From: Actinomycetota bacterium
GTDB taxonomy: Bacteria; Actinomycetota; Acidimicrobiia; Acidimicrobiales; VFJN01
Assembly: GCA_046726215.1 (NCBI GenBank)
Contig: JBKPAA010000019.1
Coordinates: 27,379-91,378, forward strand
Length of the DNA: 64,000 nt
Direction of reading: 5' to 3'
Shown here: piece after piece, positions 13,801 through 23,331 of the stretch
Numbering within the stretch: position 1 is the first letter of the stretch
Layout: every line of letters starts with the position of its first letter
Notes under the pieces: generated by a model
The model's input: only the letters and a program-made list of their open reading frames with translations
Databases searched by the model: none
Told to the model about the DNA's origin: nothing
Made by a program: the position numbers and the translations under genes

Positions 13801-14259
13801 CTACTCGTAGTAGCGGAACAGGTTCTCGGCCACGCACGCCGGCTTGGCGGCGCCCTCGACCTCGAACGTGAACCTCTCCTTCACCTGCACGCCGCCGGCG
13901 ATCTCGGTGACCTCGAGCAGCTCGATGCCGAGCCGCAGCTTCGAGCCCACGGGGACCGGCGACGGGAACCGCACCCTGTCGCAGCCGTAGTTCACGGCCA
14001 TCTTGATGCCGTCGACCCGCGTCACCTGCGGCGCCAGGCGGGGCCCGAGCGCCAGGGTCAGGTAGCCGTGGGCGATGGGACCCCCGAACGGGCTCTCGCG
14101 ATTGGCGCGCTCGACGTCGACGTGGATCCACTGGTGGTCGCCGGTGGCGTCGGCAAACAGGTTCACCTGCTCCTGCGTGATCTCGACGTAGTCGCTGTAG
14201 CCGAGATGCTGGCCCACGAGGTCCCGCAACCCGGCGATTCCCTGCACGATGGTGGTCAT
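13801..14259 (-). CDS. MaoC-family dehydratase
   Basis: FADATGDHQWIHVD, IAHGYLTL, NYGCDRVRF and KPACVAE motifs. Confidence 0.93.
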   Translation of the reverse strand: MTTIVQGIAGLRDLVGQHLGYSDYVEITQEQVNLFADATGDHQWIHVDVERANRESPFGGPIAHGYLTLALGPRLAPQVTRVDGIKMAVNYGCDRVRFPSPVPVGSKLRLGIELLEVTEIAGGVQVKERFTFEVEGAAKPACVAENLFRYYE

Positions 14260-14269
14260 GGAGGCGATG

Positions 14270-15040
14270 ATGCCCGATTCCCCGAGCGCCGGTGCAGCCG
14301 AGACGTGCGCCGTGGTCCTGGCGGCCGGCGAGGGGGCGAGGCTGCGCCCGCTCACGCGCGTGCTGCCGAAGCCGCTGTGTCCCGTGGACGGGGTGCCGCT
14401 GATCGACCACGCGCTCGACCGGGCCCGCTCCGCCACGGCCGCGATCGCGGTCAACGTTCATCACTCCCGTGAGGCCATCGAGGCTCACCTCGACGGTCGG
14501 GCCCACATCTCGGTCGAGGAGCCGCGGGTCCTCGGCACCGCCGGGGCCCTCGGCCAGCTCCGGCCATGGATCGACGGCCGGGCGACCCTGGTGCTCAATG
14601 GCGACACGTGGTGCCCGGGCTCACTGGCCGCCTTTGTCGCCGGGGCCGACGGCACGCGGGTCCGGCTGGCGCTGGCCGCCCCCGACGATCGTCTGGGACC
14701 CGCGAGCCGAATCGCCGCCGCCCTCGTGCCGTGGCGGGACGTGGCCCAGCTGCCACCGGCGCCGGCGGGGCTCTACGAGGCCTCGTGGAGAGAGCTGGCC
14801 GCCAGGGACGAGATCGACGTCGCCAGCTGGGAGGGACCGTGCCTCGACTGCGGGACACCCGCCCGCTACCTGGCCGCGAACCTCGCCGCCAGTGGTGGCG
14901 CGTCGGTGATCGGCGTCGGGGCCCGGGTGGCCGGCGAGGTCCTGCGCTCGGTGATCTGGCCGGGGACCCGCGTGGGGCCGCGCGAGCGGCTGGTGGACGC
15001 CGTCCGTGCCAGCGACGACGTCACCGTGCTGGTGCGCTGA
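14270..15040 (+). CDS. Nucleotidyltransferase (NDP-sugar synthase/MurU-like)
   Basis: VLAAGEGARLRPLT..PKPL, LGTAGAL, NGD and DCGTP motifs. Confidence 0.88.
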   Translation: MPDSPSAGAAETCAVVLAAGEGARLRPLTRVLPKPLCPVDGVPLIDHALDRARSATAAIAVNVHHSREAIEAHLDGRAHISVEEPRVLGTAGALGQLRPWIDGRATLVLNGDTWCPGSLAAFVAGADGTRVRLALAAPDDRLGPASRIAAALVPWRDVAQLPPAPAGLYEASWRELAARDEIDVASWEGPCLDCGTPARYLAANLAASGGASVIGVGARVAGEVLRSVIWPGTRVGPRERLVDAVRASDDVTVLVR

Positions 15041-15866
15041 CCGGTTTGATCCTCGCCGGCGCGAGCTCGACCATACTGGCCGCTCCGGTCCGAGCGGCCG
15101 TGGGAGCGGGAGACCCGTCCCGGGCCGGGGCCGCGAGCTGGCCGCAGGCGGCGTCGATGTCGATGCCGCGGTTGCGGCGCACGGTGGCGTTGACGCCGAG
15201 GTCCTGTGGCCACCCGCGGAACCGGCGGACACCGGCCGCCGGCGTCCCCCGGGTCGGATAGCCCGGCGTGGGGTCGAGCGGGATGAGGTTGACGTGGCCG
15301 GGCGGTGGCAGCGAACGCGCGAGGTCGGCCAGCTCGCGGGCGTCGATGCGCCGGTCGTTGGTGCCGTCGATCAACGCCCACTCGAAGGACAGGCGACGAT
15401 CCTTGGCCCGGAGGTAGTCGGCGCACGCGGCGACCAGCACGCTGAGCGGGTAGCGCCGGTTGATCGGCACAGCTCGTCGCGCAGGGCGTCGTTGGCGGCG
15501 TGCAACGAGACGGCCAGATTCACCGCCAGGTCCTCGGACGCCAGCTGGCGGATCCCCGGCACCAGGCCCACGGTGGACAACGTCAGGTGCCGGGCCGACA
15601 GGCCGAGCCCGCCGTGCGCCCGCTCGACGGCGGCCCACACCCGGTCATAGTTGGCCAGGGGCTCGCCCATGCCCACGACGTTGCCCAGGCGCCGGCCGTC
15701 GTCGCGCGCGCGGCGGACGGCCCGCACGATCTGCTCGACGATCTCGCTCGGCCGGGGACCCCAGCTGGCGGTAGAGGCCGTCCCACACCTGGGTGACCCG
15801 GTAGCGCGGCCCGTCCGGCAGGAGCCCCGCGAGCGCGTCGCGGTCCACGTCGTAGCGGGTGGGCAC
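15021..15866 (-). pseudogene. rlmN: 23S rRNA/tRNA A2503 C2-methyltransferase pseudogene
   Basis: RlmN segments in three frames ([57 protein letters not shown]); the CxxxCxxC region is missing. Confidence 0.88.
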
Positions 15867-15917
15867 CTTGCCGGGGTACGGCGGTGGGGGGACGGTCGCC
15901 CCGGTACGGTGCCAGGC

Positions 15918-16697
15918 GTGCGCTCGTTCTGGCGGATCATCGATGCGGACGCGGCGAGGCCCCGGGCCGCCGCTGCGCGCCGCACCAGCGCCGCCTCCGC
16001 CCATCCGGAGTACCACCATCGCGACATCCAGGGTGGGGCCATGCGGGCCGCCGTGTTCGGGGTAAGCGACGGCTTGGTCAGCAACATGGGGCTGATACTG
16101 GGCGTGGCCGGGGCCGATCCCCAGCCGGCCGTGGTCCGCCTGGCCGGCTTGGCCGGCCTCGTCGCCGGTGCCATCTCCATGGCGGCCGGTGAGTACAACT
16201 CCATGCGGGTCCAGTCCGAGCTGCTTCTGCGGGAGCTGCGGATCGAGGCCCGCGAGCTGCGCCGCCGCCCCGAGCACGAGACGCGGGAGCTGGCCTACAT
16301 CTACGAGCAGCGCGGCCTCGACCCCGACCAGGCCCGCAACGTGGCCGAGGCCATGATGAGCGACCCCGACAGGGCCCTCGAAGCCCATGCCCGCGAGGAG
16401 CTGGGCATCGATCCCCAGCAGCTCGGCTCGCCGCTGGCGGCGGGGTTTTCCTCGCTCCTGGCGTTCTCCGTCGGCGCCGCCGTCCCGCTGGTTCCCTGGT
16501 TCGTTGGGGCCGGGACCGCCGCCATGGTGGCGTCGCTGGCGCTCGGCGTCGCGGCGGCGGTGGTCGTCGGGTGGCTGGTCGGCCGGTCCACCGAGCGACC
16601 CCTGACCCACGCGATCACCCGCCAGGTGCTCTTCACGGTGGTGCCGGCGCTCATCACGTTCGGCATCGGCAACGCCTTGGGGGTCGGTACCGGCTAG
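15918..16697 (+). CDS. VIT1/CCC1-family transporter
   Basis: [21 protein letters not shown] and HAREELGID motifs; start uncertain. Confidence 0.9.
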   Translation: MRSFWRIIDADAARPRAAAARRTSAASAHPEYHHRDIQGGAMRAAVFGVSDGLVSNMGLILGVAGADPQPAVVRLAGLAGLVAGAISMAAGEYNSMRVQSELLLRELRIEARELRRRPEHETRELAYIYEQRGLDPDQARNVAEAMMSDPDRALEAHAREELGIDPQQLGSPLAAGFSSLLAFSVGAAVPLVPWFVGAGTAAMVASLALGVAAAVVVGWLVGRSTERPLTHAITRQVLFTVVPALITFGIGNALGVGTG

Positions 16698-17608
16698 CCG
16701 ACCGCGCCGGGCACGTCGCCGACGTAGGCGCGGTCGGTGTGGTCGCGGGTGAAGCCCAGGCCGGCGTACAGCCTGTTGGCCGGCTCGTTGCCGGCGTCGA
16801 CGTACAGCATGCCGACCGTCAGCCCCTTGCCGGCCAGGTGCTCGAGCCCCGCCAGGGCCAACGCCCGCCCCAGCCCCCGTCGGTGGATGGCGGGGTCGAC
16901 GGCGATCACATAGATCTCGCCCAGCGGGGGATCGTGGTCGGCGTGCACCTTGGTCCAGCAGAAGCCGGCCAGCCGCCCGTCACGTTCGTGGAGCAGGAAC
17001 CCGGCGGGGTCGAACCACGGCTCCCGCTCGCGGCTGCGCAGGTCCTCCAGGGTCCAGCCCCCCTGTTCGGGATGCCAGTCGAAGGCCCGATTGTTGACCT
17101 CCAGCCACGCCGCCTCGTCGCGGCCCACCTCGAAGGGCCGGGTTTCGAGCGCGTAGGGTTCGCCGACCGGAAGCGGCCGGCGGAGCTGCCACAGGTCGCG
17201 CCCGCGGGCCAGCCCCACGGCCCGGGCGATGCGGTCGTGCGCCGGGGTCGGCTTGTAGACCCACAGGTGGACGTGGCCGCCGCCCTCGGCGCGCACGACG
17301 TCGAGCGCCCCCGACAGCACGGCCGGGCCGATCTCGTCGAGCTGGTCGCGGTACGGGGGATCGACCACCAGCTCCAGCTCCCAGCGCCGCTCGCCCCGGA
17401 TGACGTGGGCGTAGGCCACCGGGTGGTCGTGCCCCGCGGGCCAGGCCAGGAGCCCGGCGAAGTCGTGGCCGCCGCCGACCGCGGCGTCGAGGAAGCGGTG
17501 CTCGTCGAGCGGCCGGTGGCCATCGGCGTGCTCGGCCGCCCGGACCAGGTCACTCACGGCCTCGATGTCGCCGGGGGTGAGCTGTCGCTTGACCTCGAGG
17601 TCCCGCAC
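16694..17608 (-). CDS. mshD: Mycothiol synthase (tandem GNAT)
   Basis: NNRAFDWHPEQGGW, EPWFDPAG, GFCWTKVH, GEIYVIAV and MLYVDAGN motifs. Confidence 0.93.
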   Translation of the reverse strand: MRDLEVKRQLTPGDIEAVSDLVRAAEHADGHRPLDEHRFLDAAVGGGHDFAGLLAWPAGHDHPVAYAHVIRGERRWELELVVDPPYRDQLDEIGPAVLSGALDVVRAEGGGHVHLWVYKPTPAHDRIARAVGLARGRDLWQLRRPLPVGEPYALETRPFEVGRDEAAWLEVNNRAFDWHPEQGGWTLEDLRSREREPWFDPAGFLLHERDGRLAGFCWTKVHADHDPPLGEIYVIAVDPAIHRRGLGRALALAGLEHLAGKGLTVGMLYVDAGNEPANRLYAGLGFTRDHTDRAYVGDVPGAVG

Positions 17609-17618
17609 CCCTTCGACG

Positions 17619-17873
17619 TTAGGTGGCGGACGGCTGGACGAGCTGGGCGCCCTGCACGTGGCGCATGGCTTCGACGTGCTCGGGCTGGGTGGCGCGCCGG
17701 TTGATCTCCTCGGGCGTCAGCTCGGCGACACGCTGCTGGATCCACCAGACGTTGCCGAGCGGGTCGCGCACGCGCCCAACGCGGTCGCCCCAGAAGAGCT
17801 CGGTCATCCGGGTGACGACCGTGGCGCCGGCGGCGAGCGCCTGCCGAAAGATCGCGTCGCCGCGAGCGCCCAC
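17619..17873 (-). pseudogene. C-terminal half of a VOC/glyoxalase (PhnB-like) protein
   Basis: ALAAGATVV..ELFWGDRVGRVRDPLGNVWWIQ; the N-terminal half is absent and the capA stop sits directly upstream. Confidence 0.7.
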
Positions 17874-19123
17874 TAAGGCGCGATCGGCCGCAACCCGTGG
17901 GCCGGGGCGCCCCGCGCGCCGGCGATGGCGGCGGTACGACCCCACGCGGTCTGGAGCCTCGCGCGAAGCCTCGGGTCGGTGGCAGGGTCGGCCAGCGCAT
18001 GCCGGACGTCCAGCACCCGGATCGGTCCGCGGTCGTCGGTGAGCACCGCCGAGAACTCGGCCTTCGTCACGCGCCAACGGCCGTCGGGCCGCTCGGTGAA
18101 CGTGAACCGCACGAGCAGCCCCTCCAGCTTGTCCGGACCCTGCGAACCCTGGTTGGACACCAGGTTGCCCATGCCATACACGACCCACTCGTCGCCGACG
18201 GCCTCGATCGGTTGCACCACGTGGGCGTGGTGGCCGAGCAGCAGGTCGATGTCCGGCGACCGGATGAGCCTCGGGGCCAGGGCCTGCTGCTGCCCGTTGG
18301 GGTCATGGCTGTACTCGTTGCCCCAGTGCAAGGCCACCACGACCACCTCGGCGCCCCGGCGCCGGGCGACGTTGGCGTCGGTGAGGATCCGGCGCTCGTC
18401 GATCGGGTTCGACCTCCACGTCTCGCCGCCGGGGGCCGGAATGCCGTTGAATCCGAAGGTGTAGGACAGCAGCGCCACGGTGACGCCGTCGACATCGAGG
18501 AGCGTCGTCGTGCCGGCCTCCTGTGGCGTCCGGGCCGACCCGGCGTGGCGGATGCCGGCGGCGTCGAGGGCGTCGAGGGTCCGGTTGACGCCCTCGGCAC
18601 CCCGGTCGTAGGTGTGGTTCGAGGCGGTCGTGCACGCGTCGTAGCCGGTGGCCGCCAGGGCGGGCGCGATCTCCGGCGGCACCGAGAAGCTGGGATAGCT
18701 CGAGAACGGGCCGCCGGGCGGAGCGACCGGCGTCTCCAGGTGGCAGATCGCCACGTCGGCGGCGCTCACCACCGGGCGGATGCCTGCGAGCATGGGACCG
18801 AAGTCGTGGGCGCCGGGTCTGCCGGCGGCCGCAGCGTCCGCGCTCGCCTGGTCCCACAGCGCGGTGTGGAGCAGGACGTCGCCCGTGGCCACGAGCGTGA
18901 AGGTGCGAGGGTGCTCGGCCCTATACCTCTCGTTCCCCCGCGTTATTGCGGCCGCATGGCCTTCGAGACGACCGGGGTCGTTGCGGCCGGGCAGCTCTGC
19001 CACGGCCGGCGGGGCTGCGGCGGCGCCGGCCCCGGCGTCCGGCTCCGGCCGGACGCCGCCGAGGGCGACCACGAGCAGTGTCGCGGTCAGCGCCGCGGGC
19101 AGCGCACGTGACCGACCTGCCAT
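17873..19123 (-). CDS. CapA-family (PGA_cap) metallophosphoesterase with an N-terminal signal/anchor
   Basis: TGDVLLH, CHLETP, ASNHTYDRG, LHWGNEY, GHHAHVVQP and YGMGN motifs. Confidence 0.9.
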   Translation of the reverse strand: MAGRSRALPAALTATLLVVALGGVRPEPDAGAGAAAAPPAVAELPGRNDPGRLEGHAAAITRGNERYRAEHPRTFTLVATGDVLLHTALWDQASADAAAAGRPGAHDFGPMLAGIRPVVSAADVAICHLETPVAPPGGPFSSYPSFSVPPEIAPALAATGYDACTTASNHTYDRGAEGVNRTLDALDAAGIRHAGSARTPQEAGTTTLLDVDGVTVALLSYTFGFNGIPAPGGETWRSNPIDERRILTDANVARRRGAEVVVVALHWGNEYSHDPNGQQQALAPRLIRSPDIDLLLGHHAHVVQPIEAVGDEWVVYGMGNLVSNQGSQGPDKLEGLLVRFTFTERPDGRWRVTKAEFSAVLTDDRGPIRVLDVRHALADPATDPRLRARLQTAWGRTAAIAGARGAPAHGLRPIAP

Positions 19124-19208
19124 GGGCGCTGGTGTAGCAGGCCGGGGCCGCTCGGACCGCGATCCTCCCCCGGTAGTGTCCGGATCCGATGAGCGAGGGC
19201 TCGTAGCG

Positions 19209-19868
19209 ATGACCGGCGGTCGACCGCGTAGCCCCAGGGGTCGTGCCCGGGTCGTCGCCGACCGGCTCGCCGAGGAGTACCCGGGGACGGCGACGGACCT
19301 GTGCGCGCTCGACCACTCCAACCCCTACGAGCTGTTGGTGGCGACGATCCTGTCGGCCCAGACCACGGACGAACGGGTCAACATGGTGACCCCGGCCGTG
19401 TTCGCAAAGTATCCGCGGCCCGAGGACCTGGCGGCCGCCGACCCGGCCGAGCTCGAGACGATCATCCAGTCGACCGGGTTCTTCCGCAACAAGACGCGCA
19501 GCCTGATCGGAATGGCGGCGGCCCTGGTGGAGCGATTCGGCGGCGGGGTGCCGCACCGGCTGTCCGACCTGGTCACGCTGCCCGGGGTCGGGCGCAAGAC
19601 GGGCAACGTGGTGCGCAGCGTGGCCCTCGACGAGCCCGGCCTACCGGTGGACACCCACGTGCTCCGGCTGTCGCGCCGGCTCGGGCTGACCGAGCAGACC
19701 GATCCGGTGAAGGTCGAGCTCGAGCTCAACCCCATGGTGCGGGCCGACGAGCGGGGCGCGCTCAGCCTGCGCCTCATCCTGCACGGTCGCCGGGTCTGCA
19801 CGTCGCGCAAACCACACTGCGACGCCTGCGTGCTTGCCGACATCTGCCCGTCTGCGTTCACGTTCTGA
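19209..19868 (+). CDS. nth: Endonuclease III
   Basis: LVATILSAQTTD, HhH LPGVGRKT, VDTHV, C-X6-C-X2-C-X5-C 4Fe-4S motif. Confidence 0.96.
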   Translation: MTGGRPRSPRGRARVVADRLAEEYPGTATDLCALDHSNPYELLVATILSAQTTDERVNMVTPAVFAKYPRPEDLAAADPAELETIIQSTGFFRNKTRSLIGMAAALVERFGGGVPHRLSDLVTLPGVGRKTGNVVRSVALDEPGLPVDTHVLRLSRRLGLTEQTDPVKVELELNPMVRADERGALSLRLILHGRRVCTSRKPHCDACVLADICPSAFTF

Positions 19869-19956
19869 TCCGAGGTCAACGGGTCGTGAACGCATCGCAA
19901 AGAAATGTCGTGCCGTCGCGCACCCTCTGCCACGCCGGGAGCGATAACGTCTGTGA

Positions 19957-20052
19957 AGACCAGGTTCCCGCCACCTGGTTCCAATGCGACGCTGGGATCC
20001 GCCGCCTGGCGTCGCCGCGACGGCGCCCCTCGAGGGGCGCCGTCGCTGTTCC
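19957..20052 (+). ncRNA. Candidate three-hairpin small RNA with C-rich loops (6C-RNA-like architecture)
   Basis: -10-like TAACGT at 19945-19950; hairpins 19958-19980 and 19986-20015 with G.U pairs valid only on the + strand; strong terminal hairpin 20017-20046. Confidence 0.5.
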
Positions 20053-20086
20053 CCCGTCGCTGTTCCCGGCCCCCTCTAGGCGCTCT

Positions 20087-20278
20087 TCAGCGCATCGACC
20101 GCATGACCCGCTCGAGCTGCCGGGCGGCGGTCAGGAGCGACCGCTCGACCTCGTACAGCCCGTCGGCCACGTCGGGCCGCGTGGATCCGCGGTAGCGATC
20201 GCCGACGGCGGTGATGCGGGTCGCCAGGTCTTCCAGGGTGGTCGCCAGGGCCGAGAGCTCGGCGCGATCGGTGTCCAT
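20087..20278 (-). CDS. Small helical hypothetical protein (63 aa)
   Basis: ATG start, genome-typical codon usage, amphipathic helix-turn-helix pattern. Confidence 0.7.
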   Translation of the reverse strand: MDTDRAELSALATTLEDLATRITAVGDRYRGSTRPDVADGLYEVERSLLTAARQLERVMRSMR

Positions 20279-20338
20279 GCTCCGGTTCTACCCGGAACCC
20301 GATGGGGTCGCTCCAGGGACCGCCGCTACCGTTGCTCC

Positions 20339-21646
20339 GTGCTCCGCCGTCTCGACCTGCGTGGATCCGGGATCGCCGACCTGCGCGCCCGGCTGCCGCG
20401 CCCGGCCGTCCACGCCGAGCCTCCGATCGACGAGGTGCGGGCGGTGCTCGCGGAGGTGCGGGACGGAGGCGACGATGCGCTGCGCTCGCTGATCCTGCGG
20501 TTCGATGGGGTGCGCGTCGACGATCTCCGGGTGCCGGCCGCCGACGTCGCGGGGGCGCTCGAACGGGTCCGCCCCGGCCTGAGGGCCGCGCTCGAGGCCG
20601 CCCACGCCAATGTCAGCGCCTATCACGCCGCCCAGCGACGCCCCGAGCTGGTCCACCGCAACGGCGCCATCGAGATCAGGGAACTGGTGCGACCTGTCGA
20701 CCGCGCCGGCTGCTACGTGCCCAGCGCCGCTGCACCCCTGGTCTCCACCGTTCTCATGACGGTGGTGCCCGCCAGGGTGGCGGGCGTGCCAGAGATCGTG
20801 CTGGTCACCGCCCCCGGGCCCGACGGCAGGGTGGACGACGGCATCCTGGCTGCGGCTGCGCTCGCCGGCGCCCACGAGGTGTTCCGGGTGGGCGGGCCGG
20901 CGGCCATCGCCGCGCTCGCCTACGGCACCGAGTCGATCCGCCCGGTCGACGTCGTCGTCGGTCCCGGCAGCGCGCGCGTCGCCCAGGCCAAGCGCGAGGT
21001 CGCCGGCCGCGGGCTGGTGGGCGTCCCCTCGGCGTTCGCCGGGCCGTCCGAGGTGGTGGTGGTGGCCGATGCCTCCACCCCTCCGGAGCACGCGGCCATC
21101 GACGTGCTGGTCCAGGCAGAGCACGGCCCCGACGGGCTGGCCTGGCTCATCTGCTGGGATACAGCGCTGGCCGATGCCGTATGCGCGGCGGTCGACCGGC
21201 TCGTGCCCCGCTCACCCCGGCGCCGCCACCTCGAGGCCACCCTGGCCGAGGGCGGCTACGCGGTGGTCACCGACGGGCCCGAGCAGGCGCTGGCCGTCGC
21301 CAATGCCATCGCCCCCGAGCACCTCGAGCTGCTGGTGGACGACGCGGAGGCGCTGCTGCCCCTGGTGCGGCACGCGGGTGCCGTCTTCTGCGGTCCCTCG
21401 GCCCCGGCATCGATCGGCGATTACGTGGCCGGGGCCAACCACGTGTTGCCCACGTTCGGGTCGGCGCGATTCGCAGGCGCGCTGCGGGTCGACGACTTCT
21501 GCAAGCACGTGCACGCCGTGGTAGTGCCGCCCGAGGGGCTGGCGCAGGTGGCCGCCCACGTCGAGGCCCTCGCCGACTACGAGGGGCTGCCGGCCCATGC
21601 CGAATCGGTGCGGCTGAGGGCCAAAGCGCAGGGGCTGCCGGCATGA
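20339..21646 (+). CDS. hisD: Histidinol dehydrogenase
   Basis: AGPSE, QAEH, APEHLEL, GDY..G.NHVLPT and EGLPAH motifs; leaderless GTG after TACCGT. Confidence 0.95.
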   Translation: MLRRLDLRGSGIADLRARLPRPAVHAEPPIDEVRAVLAEVRDGGDDALRSLILRFDGVRVDDLRVPAADVAGALERVRPGLRAALEAAHANVSAYHAAQRRPELVHRNGAIEIRELVRPVDRAGCYVPSAAAPLVSTVLMTVVPARVAGVPEIVLVTAPGPDGRVDDGILAAAALAGAHEVFRVGGPAAIAALAYGTESIRPVDVVVGPGSARVAQAKREVAGRGLVGVPSAFAGPSEVVVVADASTPPEHAAIDVLVQAEHGPDGLAWLICWDTALADAVCAAVDRLVPRSPRRRHLEATLAEGGYAVVTDGPEQALAVANAIAPEHLELLVDDAEALLPLVRHAGAVFCGPSAPASIGDYVAGANHVLPTFGSARFAGALRVDDFCKHVHAVVVPPEGLAQVAAHVEALADYEGLPAHAESVRLRAKAQGLPA

Positions 21647-22701
21647 CGCTCGCTCCCCGCGACGACTTGGCGTTGGTGGTGGGCTACCACTCGCCCCAGG
21701 TCGACGTGGCGGTCCGCCTCAACACCAACGAGGCGCCGGAGGCCCCGCCGGCGGCGTTCACGCGCCGGCTGGGCGAGGCCCTGGCGACGATCCAGTGGCA
21801 CCGCTATCCCGACCGGTCGTATCGGACGCTGCGGGAGGCGATCGCCAAGCACCACGGGGTGGCGCCGGAGCAGGTGTTCGCCGCCAACGGATCGAACGAG
21901 GTATTCCAGACGCTGTTGCTCACCTACGGCGGACCGGGTCGGCGCGCTGCCGTGTTCGAGCCCACCTACACGCTGCACAGCCACATCGCCCGCATCACCG
22001 GCACCGGCGTCTGCATGGGCGAACGATCGCACGACTTCACGCTCGACCTGGACGAGGTGCACCGGGTCCTGGCCGAGCACCAACCGGAGATCACGTTCCT
22101 GTGCTCGCCCAACAACCCTACGGGGACGCCCGCGCCCGAGGAGACGGTGGCGGCGGTGGCGGACATGGCACCCGGCCTGGTGGTCGTCGACGAGGCGTAC
22201 GGCCAGTTCGCCCCCTGGTCGGCCCTCGGCATGGTCGATGATCGATGGGGGGTCGTCGTAACCCGCACGTTCTCGAAGACATGGTCGATGGCCGGGGCGC
22301 GCCTCGGCTACCTGGTCGGTCCCGCCTGGCTCGTGGCGGAGCTGGACAAGGTGGTGTTGCCCTACCACCTCGACGTGGTCAAGCAGCTGGCGGGGACGCT
22401 GGCGCTGTCGTTCGGGGACGAGATGCGGGCCCGGGTGGCCTCGCTGGTCGAGGAGCGGGGGCGCCTCACCGCCGCCCTGGCCGAGCTCCCGGTGGACGTG
22501 TGGCCGTCGGCCGCCAACTTCGTTCTGTTCCGGCCCCGCGAGCGGGACGGTGCTGCGGTGTGGCGGGCGCTCCTGGACCGCTCGGTGCTGATCCGCAACT
22601 GCGCCGACTGGCCCCGCCTCGACGGATGCCTGCGGGTCACGATCGGGACCCCGGCCGAGGACGATGCCTTCCTCGCCGCCCTGGCGGAGGTCCTGTCATG
22701 A
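21643..22701 (+). CDS. hisC: Histidinol-phosphate aminotransferase
   Basis: RLNTNE, NGSNE, SPNNPTG, DEAY and RTFSK..RLGY motifs. Confidence 0.95.
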   Translation: MTLAPRDDLALVVGYHSPQVDVAVRLNTNEAPEAPPAAFTRRLGEALATIQWHRYPDRSYRTLREAIAKHHGVAPEQVFAANGSNEVFQTLLLTYGGPGRRAAVFEPTYTLHSHIARITGTGVCMGERSHDFTLDLDEVHRVLAEHQPEITFLCSPNNPTGTPAPEETVAAVADMAPGLVVVDEAYGQFAPWSALGMVDDRWGVVVTRTFSKTWSMAGARLGYLVGPAWLVAELDKVVLPYHLDVVKQLAGTLALSFGDEMRARVASLVEERGRLTAALAELPVDVWPSAANFVLFRPRERDGAAVWRALLDRSVLIRNCADWPRLDGCLRVTIGTPAEDDAFLAALAEVLS

Positions 22702-23291
22702 CCCGGTCCGCCCAGCGCCGGCGCACGACCAAGGAGACATCGGTGTCGGTGGTGATCGACCTCGACGGTGCCCAGGGCAAGGTGCACGCCGCGACCGGCC
22801 TGCCGTTCTTCGACCACATGCTCGACCAACTCGGCCGCCACGGCGGCTTCGACCTCGCCGTCGACGCGCAAGGCGACCTGCACGTCGACGGGCACCACAC
22901 GGTCGAGGACGTGGCCATCGTGGTCGGCGAGGCGTTCGGCGAGGCCCTGGGCGACAAGGCGGGGATCCGCCGCTTCGCCAGCGGGCTGTTCCCGCTGGAC
23001 GAGGCCCTCGTCGAGGTGGCGCTCGACGTGTCCGGCCGCGCGTTCGTGGCGTACGACGTGCCGTTCGGCGAGGTCCTGCCGCTCGGCGACCCCGCGTTCA
23101 ACCCCGAGATGGCCGAGCACTTCTGGCGTTCGTTCGCCCACGCGGCCGGGATCACGCTGCACGTCACCCGCAGGGCCGGCCGCAACACGCACCACGTCGT
23201 GGAGGCCACGTTCAAGGGCGTGGCCCGATGCCTCCGCGATGCCGTGCGCCTCGAGGGCGACGCCGTGCCCTCGACGAAGGGCTCTCTTTAG
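22698..23291 (+). CDS. hisB: Imidazoleglycerol-phosphate dehydratase (monofunctional)
   Basis: RTTKET, FFDHML, DGHHTVED, NTHHVVEA.FK and PSTKG motifs. Confidence 0.96.
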   Translation: MTRSAQRRRTTKETSVSVVIDLDGAQGKVHAATGLPFFDHMLDQLGRHGGFDLAVDAQGDLHVDGHHTVEDVAIVVGEAFGEALGDKAGIRRFASGLFPLDEALVEVALDVSGRAFVAYDVPFGEVLPLGDPAFNPEMAEHFWRSFAHAAGITLHVTRRAGRNTHHVVEATFKGVARCLRDAVRLEGDAVPSTKGSL

Positions 23292-23331
23292 GCAGCTGCG
23301 GGGTCATTTGCCGGTGGGCGCCGGCACCCGG

